Shown here in pieces: positions 17,349-23,606 of a stretch of 23,606 nt of DNA (its first letter is position 1; the number at the start of each line of letters is the position of its first letter). The stretch covers positions 1-23,606 of the forward strand of contig JAQBHB010000086.1 of assembly GCA_032128115.1 (NCBI GenBank). The letters run 5' to 3'. The notes below the pieces were generated by a model, which did not search any database, was not told the DNA's origin, and worked only from the letters and a program-made list of their open reading frames with translations. Source of the stretch: Deltaproteobacteria bacterium. Its GTDB lineage: Bacteria; Myxococcota_A; UBA9160; SMWR01. Both the position numbers and the translations under genes were made by a program.

Positions 17349-17437
17349 GCCAACGAGCACGGCCAGACCTACGCTGTGCGCGGCGGTGCCTAGGAACGAC
17401 AACGGGCGTTCCCCGTCCGATAAAGTGCAATGATTAG

Positions 17438-17451
17438 ATGTTGGTCAACAT
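17438..17451. promoter_or_regulatory. Short palindrome upstream of the GST gene (possible operator)
   Basis: ATGTTG-GT-CAACAT immediately before the GGAGG ribosome-binding site. Confidence 0.4.
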
Positions 17452-17468
17452 TCTATGGAGGCACAGCG

Positions 17469-18242
17469 ATGGAAAATGGACAGCCCCCCGAGCTGGTGCT
17501 GCACCAGTTCCGCGCCTCGCATTTCAATGACAAGGTCCGCTGGGCGCTCGCTTACAAGGGCCTTGCCCATCGACGAATCAGCTACCTGCCGGGGCCTCAC
17601 CAGCTACCGATACGAAAACTCACCGGACAGACCAGCACGCCGCTGCTGGAAATCGAAGGTGAGGTGATCGCCGGTTCCGCTCGAATCATCGATGCGCTGG
17701 AACGCAGATTTCCGCGTTCGCCCCTCTACCCGGCAGATGCGCATATGCGGGACCGCGCACTGGAGATACAGGCCCGATTCGACGCGGAGGTCGGCCCCGC
17801 GACGCGGACAACCATCTTCACGGTCTTCCTCAAAGAACTCCCCTACGTGGCACGGTTATTCGCATACGATGAACCGATTCTCAAACGCAGCCTCTACCGT
17901 GCCGCCCTGCCCCTGGTGCGTCCGCTGATGGCCCGGGCGAACGGGGTCGCGGATGCCCGGAACGTCCAGAAAGCCTTCGACACGGTGGCACGAACCCTCG
18001 ACTGGATCGAAGAATCGGTGCGGGACCGCTCCAGCCTGGTGGGTGATTCGTTTTCCGTTGCCGATCTCAGTGTGGCAGCGCTGATGTCACCGATGGTGGC
18101 ACTCGATCATCCGGACATGGCACCGCGTCCACCAATTCCCCAGGCTCTGACCGATTTTTACCAAAGGTGGCAGGCTCATCCGGCGCTCGCCTGGGTGCGC
18201 ACTCAGTACAGGCTGCACCGGCCATCCGACCATATCGGCTGA
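17469..18242 (+). CDS. Glutathione S-transferase family protein
   Basis: GGAGG ribosome-binding site, ATG 17469. SHFNDKVRWALAYKG, TPLL..EGEVIAGSARII, LVGDSFSVADL. Confidence 0.9.
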   Translation: MENGQPPELVLHQFRASHFNDKVRWALAYKGLAHRRISYLPGPHQLPIRKLTGQTSTPLLEIEGEVIAGSARIIDALERRFPRSPLYPADAHMRDRALEIQARFDAEVGPATRTTIFTVFLKELPYVARLFAYDEPILKRSLYRAALPLVRPLMARANGVADARNVQKAFDTVARTLDWIEESVRDRSSLVGDSFSVADLSVAALMSPMVALDHPDMAPRPPIPQALTDFYQRWQAHPALAWVRTQYRLHRPSDHIG

Positions 18243-18269
18243 GCACGGGGGTCCTTCGATCGCTGCCGC

Positions 18270-18758
18270 TCAGCGACTCAGCTCCGCGAGCTTGTAATTG
18301 TCCCAGGTGAGCTGATGGTCCGATGTAAAGACCATCCAGCGGCCGTTGCGGCCACGCGCTGTCGCTCCACTGGGCGGCGGATCGGCCACCGCCGGCTGTC
18401 CATGACCGCCGTTGTACTTTCTGCCGTATTCGACTCGCGCGCGCTCGAGGTGCGGATCTGCTGCTTCGGCTTCGGCATCTTCGAGTACGGATGCCGTCCC
18501 CTGCAGCATGATCGCCTGTAACTGAGGAAACTTCTCGTTGCGGTCGATGATGACGCTGCAGGTCGGATTTCGTCGCAGATTCACGACCTTCTGACCTCGC
18601 CCATAGATCTACACCTTGCCGCCTGCCCAGCCGAACCACATCGGTGTGAGGTTGATCAGGCTGCCGGGACCGATGGTGGCAATCCGGCAGTTCCAGGTGG
18701 TGCGCATGATTTCTTCGATCTGCGCATCGTCGAGAGCGAGCTTGCGGGAGAGGGGCAT
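18270..18758 (-). pseudogene. Pyridoxamine 5'-phosphate oxidase-like (split-barrel flavin/F420-binding) protein with an in-frame TAG
   Basis: ATG 18758 with GAGG. RIATIGP..INLTPMWF..GKV*IYGRGQKVVNLRRNPTCSVIID...TWDNYKL. The two ORF-track pieces are in the same frame, separated only by TAG 18609-18611. Confidence 0.8.
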
Positions 18759-18830
18759 CGGTGTTGCCTCGTCAGCGGAATTAGTCGAGACGGTACCAGA
18801 TACCCCGCGAAGTTCGGCGTGATCGCAATC

Positions 18831-19809
18831 TATATACGTGGAAATAATGCAAGAGGCGGCGCTGGGACCCATTGATGTCTCGAAGCGTGCGGCGGCTTCG
18901 TCAGGGTTGAGCTGCGGGGCGTACGGCGGAAGATGTTCGAGATGCAGCCTCGGAAACCGGCGGCAGAGTTCCCGAATCCGTTCTCCTTGGTCAATGCTGG
19001 CGCGGTCCCAGATCACGATGACGCGCCCGCGGAGGTGGCGCAGCAAGTACCGGAGGAATTCGCAGACCTCGTCGTGCCGGATGTTGTTCGTGTGGCACTG
19101 GAAGTACAAGCCAACGCGCCGGCGCCGGAGAGCCAGGGAGATGCCCGAGATCACGGAGATGCGATCATGCCGGTAGCGATCATGAAGGACGGGCGTCTTT
19201 CCGCGAGGAGCCCAGGTCTTTCGTACCGTGGGGATCAGGAGGAAACCCCACTCTTCGGCGAAAACGATGTGGGCACCCAGCAGCGCAGCGCTTTTTTTAC
19301 ACAGGGCCAGTTCTTACGCTTCCAGCGATCGATGGCCTCTTCGTCGCGCTCCAAGGCGCGACGCTCCGGCTTCTGATAGCTCCAGCCCAACTGCCGCAGA
19401 AGCCGAGCCACGTGATTGCGGTGGTAGCGAATGCGGAACTCGCGTCGAATCAGCCGCGCGACCCGGTCGCAGGTCCACAGATCGGTGCGATGTCCGTGGG
19501 CCATCGGTCCCTTCAGGAGCAGCTTTACCGGTCGCTTCTTCTGCGGCACCGAAAGCTTGGGAGGACGACCCGGAGACGCTCCCACGTCATACACGGCGTC
19601 GCCCCGTTCCTCCCGCCTGTCGCGCCAACGCATGACCGAGCTCGCTTCACATCCAATCCGACGCGTGACCTCGTTCAAGGAAAGCCCTTCATCCACCAGC
19701 GTCAATGCACGCCGGCGACGATCCGAAAGAACCTCGGCCGAATCCATGAGTCTCATCAGCAGGCATCGCTCGAGTGCCTACAATTGCATTGTTTACGAGT
19801 ATGCTAATA
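18831..19809 (-). mobile_element. Degenerate IS630-family insertion sequence
   Basis: orfA 19235-19756 (HTH: SPGRPPKL, LWTCDRVARLI, LGWSYQKP). A7 slippery run at 19292-19298 shifts -1 into the DDE frame (IVFAEEWGF, TWAPRGKTP, VIWD, LPPYAPQLNPDE). Imperfect inverted repeats 18834-18852 and 19784-19802 (15/19). C-terminus deleted. Confidence 0.88.
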
Positions 19810-19848
19810 ACGGAATACGTATTATCGGACATTGCCGAAAACCCAGCT

Positions 19849-19886
19849 TGTTTTGGCTATGCCCGACTGTTTTGGCTATGCCCGAC
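19849..19886 (+). repeat. Perfect 19-bp tandem duplication
   Basis: TGTTTTGGCTATGCCCGAC at 19849-19867 and 19868-19886. Confidence 0.95.
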
Positions 19887-19995
19887 CAGACTTAGAATTC
19901 GCTCAGCAGACTGGGATATCGAGCGACCGGCGCTCACAATGGCTGACGAGGACGCATGGCCGGTCGTATTCGTTCTCGATCCCACGAGGAGTTCA

Positions 19996-20604
19996 ATGAG
20001 TGACATGAAGCCGAGATCCGTCGGGGCGTCGATATTGGGTGGGTTGACGCTATGCGCCGGACTGGCCGCCTTCCTCGTTCCGCTGCAGCACGCGGGCCCC
20101 TACGGAATCCCAGGGCGCGGCTTGGTGGGCGGGTTGCTCTGCTTCGCGATCTCCGGAGTGCTGTTCGTGCGCGGCACGCCGAAACTCGCACGCGGGTTCG
20201 CGGTGGTCGCAGCACCGATCGTGCTGTTCTTCGCGCTCTACGGTGCGCTCGCGGAAGTCGAAGAAGTCGTCGTCCTTCATACCCCCGATGCAGATCTGCG
20301 GTTGTGGGTCGTCGATCACGACGGGGTCGCATGGGTCTCGATGTCGCGAAGCAAGGCAGAACTTCATGCGATCGACGGCGCGAAGCTCGAGTTGTTGCGT
20401 GCGGGAGCGACGCGTTGTGTGGTTCCCCGGATCGTGGACGATCCGGCTACGAATCAGCGAACCTTCGATCTGCGCCAGGAGAAGTACGCCGTGCAACGGC
20501 TGGCCGTCACGCTCGGAATGTTCGGGAACGGACCTGGACCGGAGACGATCACTCTTCGCCTCGATCCTTGCGCTCGAGCGCGGAACCTGAAGCTCGCCCC
20601 ATGA
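19996..20604 (+). CDS. Membrane protein (3 TM) with a C-terminal soluble domain, possibly split-barrel/nitroreductase-like
   Basis: GAGGAG ribosome-binding site, ATG 19996. Three hydrophobic helices, then EVVVLHT...LRLWVVDHDGVAWV...QEKY. Confidence 0.7.
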   Translation: MSDMKPRSVGASILGGLTLCAGLAAFLVPLQHAGPYGIPGRGLVGGLLCFAISGVLFVRGTPKLARGFAVVAAPIVLFFALYGALAEVEEVVVLHTPDADLRLWVVDHDGVAWVSMSRSKAELHAIDGAKLELLRAGATRCVVPRIVDDPATNQRTFDLRQEKYAVQRLAVTLGMFGNGPGPETITLRLDPCARARNLKLAP

Positions 20605-20747
20605 CTGCAAACACGCATTTGCCACCGCTGCAGGTGTGATTCATCAATCTGGCCAACCCGGCCGCGCTCGGGAACGGCGATCTTCCACGATCTGCTGCTG
20701 ATGGATCCAGGCCCGGGTCGGGGACAATGCGCACGTCGTCCGGAGGG

Positions 20748-20775
20748 GATTGACATACTGCTAGTTATCGGACCT
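20748..20775 (-). other. dif-like XerC/XerD recombination site (11-6-11)
   Basis: Minus strand AGGTCCGATAA-CTAGCA-GTATGTCAATC, compared with E. coli dif GGTGCGCATAA-TGTATA-TTATGTTAAAT. Confidence 0.55.
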
Positions 20776-21038
20776 GATCGATTATCCAGCTGATTTTCCC
20801 TACGCGCCGACTCCACGAGGAAGCGCGGGCGTGCGTGGAGGACACGCCGTTCAAGCTGGTTTCTGACTCAGGGCCACAGCTTGAGCGATATGTCGAGCCC
20901 CAACGGGGAACCACGACGCGGGGATCGATTATACGATCAACCCTTTGCGGAAGACCGATGAGGCGACCTGAATGCGGTGTGCCAGGGGAACGCTGTGTAG
21001 TCGAGATTCCGGCAGCCCCGGGCGACGGCCGCAACACC

Positions 21039-21345
21039 TCACGGAGCCGAGGTCGGGGGGGACAGCAGCCGATACTCGCGCCCTGGCCACGTAACTCGGA
21101 AGCGGTCGGATCGAACAACGGAACCGTCGAGCCGCTCGACTCGAAACACGAACTCATCTTCTTCGGGCGTTTCGGACGCGTGTATCCAGGTTGCGCACCA
21201 GTGGCTCGCGTTGCTCGCTGGTTCGGCCGTGACCAGGAACGAGTGCCCGTAGTCATCTTGCAGGCACCCGTCGATTTTCGCCGTCTCGAGGTTACCTGCG
21301 CGCTCGATTGCAACGTTGGGGAGGCCGGCGAGATCCGAGCTCCAC
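21039..21345 (-). pseudogene. 3' fragment of an unknown gene
   Basis: Protein-like C-terminal segment (PWSSDLAGLPNVAIERAGNLETAKIDGCLQDDYGH...RVTWPGREYRLL*) with no start of its own. Further upstream the frame is simply the antisense of the PEP-CTERM fragment. Confidence 0.4.
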
Positions 21346-21347
21346 GG

Positions 21348-21776
21348 AATGGGGCCGACTTGCACGGCTTCTACTTCAACCTCGAGGATGTTCGCCGTCG
21401 GGACCTCGAGATCTCGTCCGACGACGACGTCCGGACCGCCTACAAGCTGAAGTCCGGATCCCGAGTGTGGGGAGGCGCGGGCAGTCGCTTCCAGTTCCGT
21501 GTGAACCTGGGAAGCGGGGCCGGTCGGAAGGGTAACGGTGTGCTCCAGATGGCGAGCTTCACGATCGACTCCGAAACGGGCGACCTCTTCCTGAGCGATC
21601 TGCTGCCCATGTCGAGCACGTCTCGGGGCCTGGAGGCGAACTTCGCCGCGCACGTCCAGGGCACCATCACCGGAGGCGGCTCCGAAACCGTGGGAGCGCT
21701 CGTGCCCGGGACCGTGGCCCTGCTGGCTGCGGGACTTCTATCGATCGCGGTCCGCCGCCGCGCGCCACTTCGCTGA
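21348..21776 (+). pseudogene. 5'-truncated PEP-CTERM surface protein
   Basis: ADLHGFYFNL...FAAHVQGT...SETVGALVP-GTVALLAAGLLSIAVRRR: TM helix plus basic tail, with VPEPGT reduced to VPGT. No signal peptide or credible start. Confidence 0.65.
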
Positions 21777-21806
21777 AGCGACCTCGCATCGCCCGCGATA
21801 CGAACG

Positions 21807-21836
21807 AAAACACTCCGGCCGCAACCGACCGGGGTG
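21807..21836 (-). terminator. Rho-independent terminator downstream of the tRNA fragment
   Basis: Minus strand CACCCCGGTCG-GTTG-CGGCCGGAGTG followed by TTTT. Confidence 0.7.
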
Positions 21837-21849
21837 CATTGGGAATTGC

Positions 21850-21893
21850 TGGCGCGCCCAGCACGACTCGAACGCGCGACCTCCCGCTCGTAG
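21850..21893 (-). pseudogene. 3' half of tRNA-Arg(ACG); att-like remnant
   Basis: Minus strand CTACGA-GCGGG-AGGTC-GCGCG-TTCGAGT-CGTGC-TGGGCGC-GCCA gives the anticodon, variable loop, T-arm, acceptor 3' strand and CCA. No complementary 5' half upstream. Confidence 0.8.
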
Positions 21894-22028
21894 GGGCCGC
21901 TGCCGGTCGAGCTGATCGAACCCAGGTGGTGGGCAGGCGATTGCCTCTCGGAGGGAGCTTGCACCGGGCCAGCCGACCGATCGGCTAGCATGGAGGGCGC
22001 CGTGCACGCAGCGCGGGGAGAAATCGCC

Positions 22029-23606
22029 ATGGGCAGCTTCTTCACCCTTCTCGTCGGCGCGATCGTCCTCGGGCTCCTCTATCAGGGGCGCGGCTACGCC
22101 GGCTGGTCGCTCGGCGCCGCCGCGGCGCTCCTCGGCTGGCTGGTCGCCGGCGTCCAGTCTCCCTGGCTCTTCGCGCTCGCAGCGCTCGCAGCGGGCGGCG
22201 CCGCGGGGCTCTTCGGCCGGGAGGAGCTGCGCCGGAGGCTCGTCACGGCGCGGGTGATGCCGATCGTGGCGCGGCTCCTGCCGCGCCTCGGCGAGACGGA
22301 GCGGGTCGCGCTCGAGGCCGGCAGCGTCTGGTGGGACGGCGATCTCTTCTCCGGGCGGCCGGACTGGCGCAAGCTCCTCGCCTTCTCGCCCCGGCAAATC
22401 TCGTCCGCGGAGCGGGCCTTTCTCGACGGTCCGGTCGAGGATCTCTGCGCGATGCTCGACGACTGGGAGTTGCAGCAGGCGGGCGACCTTCCGGCCGAGG
22501 TGTGGGAGTTCCTGAAGGCGAAGCGCTTCTTCGGGATGATCATCCCGGAGGAGCACGGCGGGCTGGGATTCTCGGCCATCGCCCACTCGGCGGTCGTCAC
22601 CAAGATCGCGAGTCGCAGCATCACCGCGGCCGTCACCGTGATGGTCCCGAACTCTCTCGGACCCGCGGAGCTGCTGCTCCACTACGGGACCGACGCACAG
22701 AAGCGACACTACCTGCCGCGGCTGGCGAGCGGCGAGGAGATCCCGTGCTTCGCGCTCACCGGGCCGGAGGCCGGGAGCGACGCGGCTGCGACCCAGAGCA
22801 TCGGAATCGTCGCCCGCGGGAAGTTCGAAGGCAAAGAAGTACTGGGGATGCGTCTCGACTGGCACAAGCGCTACATCACGCTCGGTCCGATCTCCACCGT
22901 GATCGGTCTCGCCTTCCGGCTGCTCGATCCCGACCATCTGCTCGGCGACGAGGACGACCTCGGGATCACGTGCGCCCTGATCCCGTCGAACCTGCCCGGC
23001 ATCGAGATCGGCGCGCGTCACGATCCGCTGGGCGTGCCCTTCCAGAACGGCCCGAACCAGGGGCACGACGTCTTCGTACCCCTGGACTTCATCGTCGGCG
23101 GAAGCGCCATGGCCGGCGAGGGCTGGCGCATGTTGATGGAGAGCCTCGCTGCGGGACGCTCGATCTCGCTGCCCGCGCTCTCCGTCGGCGGGTCCCAGCT
23201 CGCCGCGCGCGTCGTGAGCGCCTATGGGATGGTGCGCGAGCAGTTCGACACGCCCATCGGGCGCTTCGAGGGGATCGAGGAGCCGCTCGCCCGCATCGGC
23301 GGCCTCACCTACATGATGAACGCGGCGCGCGAGCTGACGGCCGGCGCCGTCGATGCGGGCGAGAAGCCCGCCGTGCTGTCGGCGGTGGTAAAGGCCTACC
23401 TCACCGAGGGGATGCGGACCGTCGTCAGCAATGCCATGGACATCCGCGCCGGCGCGGCCATCTGCCGCGGCCCCCCGCAATATCCTGGCGCGCGCGTACG
23501 TGGCCGCGCCGATCGGCATCACGGTCGAGGGCGCGAACATCCTCACGCGTTCGATGATCATCTACGGGCAGGGCGCGATCCGCTGCCATCCCTTCGCACT
23601 CGAGGA
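22029..23606 (+). CDS. fadE: Long-chain acyl-CoA dehydrogenase, FadE type (runs off the window; +1 frameshift at 23471-23476)
   Basis: GGGGAG ribosome-binding site, ATG 22029. N-terminal TM segments, [61 protein letters not shown]. After the frameshift: [25 protein letters not shown]. Confidence 0.88.
   Translation, partial: MGSFFTLLVGAIVLGLLYQGRGYAGWSLGAAAALLGWLVAGVQSPWLFALAALAAGGAAGLFGREELRRRLVTARVMPIVARLLPRLGETERVALEAGSVWWDGDLFSGRPDWRKLLAFSPRQISSAERAFLDGPVEDLCAMLDDWELQQAGDLPAEVWEFLKAKRFFGMIIPEEHGGLGFSAIAHSAVVTKIASRSITAAVTVMVPNSLGPAELLLHYGTDAQKRHYLPRLASGEEIPCFALTGPEAGSDAAATQSIGIVARGKFEGKEVLGMRLDWHKRYITLGPISTVIGLAFRLLDPDHLLGDEDDLGITCALIPSNLPGIEIGARHDPLGVPFQNGPNQGHDVFVPLDFIVGGSAMAGEGWRMLMESLAAGRSISLPALSVGGSQLAARVVSAYGMVREQFDTPIGRFEGIEEPLARIGGLTYMMNAARELTAGAVDAGEKPAVLSAVVKAYLTEGMRTVVSNAMDIRAGAAICRGPPQYPGARVRGRADRHHGRGREHPHAFDDHLRAGRDPLPSLRTRG

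Noticed and set aside
19849..19886. CRISPR array
   Set aside because: Two adjacent repeats with no spacer and no cas genes.
20679..20700. IFHDL peptide resembling a tyrosine-integrase HxLR box
   Set aside because: No Arg and no other integrase motifs; probably coincidental.
20858..20872. CTGAGTCAGAAAC (minus strand) resembling a hammerhead ribozyme core
   Set aside because: It lacks CUGANGA, stem II and the cleavage-site helix.
17349..21900. Integron cassette array
   Set aside because: No convincing attC (RYYYAAC...GTTRRRY) structures, the genes are in mixed orientation, and there is no integrase.
21850..21930. Intact tRNA-Arg gene
   Set aside because: No 5' acceptor strand, D-arm or anticodon-stem partner, and the anticodon loop is one base short.
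21738..23561. 607-aa minus-strand ORF and ORF 22331..23557
   Set aside because: Antisense and off-frame shadows of fadE.

Overview
High-GC bacterial DNA, by gene content most like Myxococcota/Binatota-type lineages (FHA-GGDEF, DUF3604, PEP-CTERM, amidohydrolase_2, paired CoA-transferases); the taxonomy is inference only. Positions 1-14100 look like intact core genome: a DUF3604 metallohydrolase, a SnoaL-like protein, a CoA-transferase III pair/MFS/TetR operon, an FHA-GGDEF diguanylate cyclase, a Zn-ADH/VOC/membrane-protein operon, an amidohydrolase with a perfect operator palindrome, and a Tat sulfatase coupled to a GT-C-like glycosyltransferase. Positions ~14300-21900 look like a decaying accessory region. 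Its best candidate novel system is a translationally coupled pair: a tandem AhpD-like (sestrin-like architecture) CxxC protein and a membrane-anchored class III nucleotide cyclase that lacks both adenine-specifying residues. It is followed by an internally deleted hydrolase-cyclase with charge-swapped (Glu/Arg) specificity residues. The region also holds a GST, a PPOX-family gene with an in-frame TAG, a dead IS630, three copies of a XerC-arm-like motif (one full dif-like site), a four-hairpin non-coding segment between 10-bp direct repeats, two back-to-back 5'-truncated genes, and the 3' half of a tRNA-Arg(ACG) with its terminator (att-like). The window ends in a fadE-type acyl-CoA dehydrogenase with a +1 frameshift in a C run. 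All calls were made by eye from motifs; no database searches were run.
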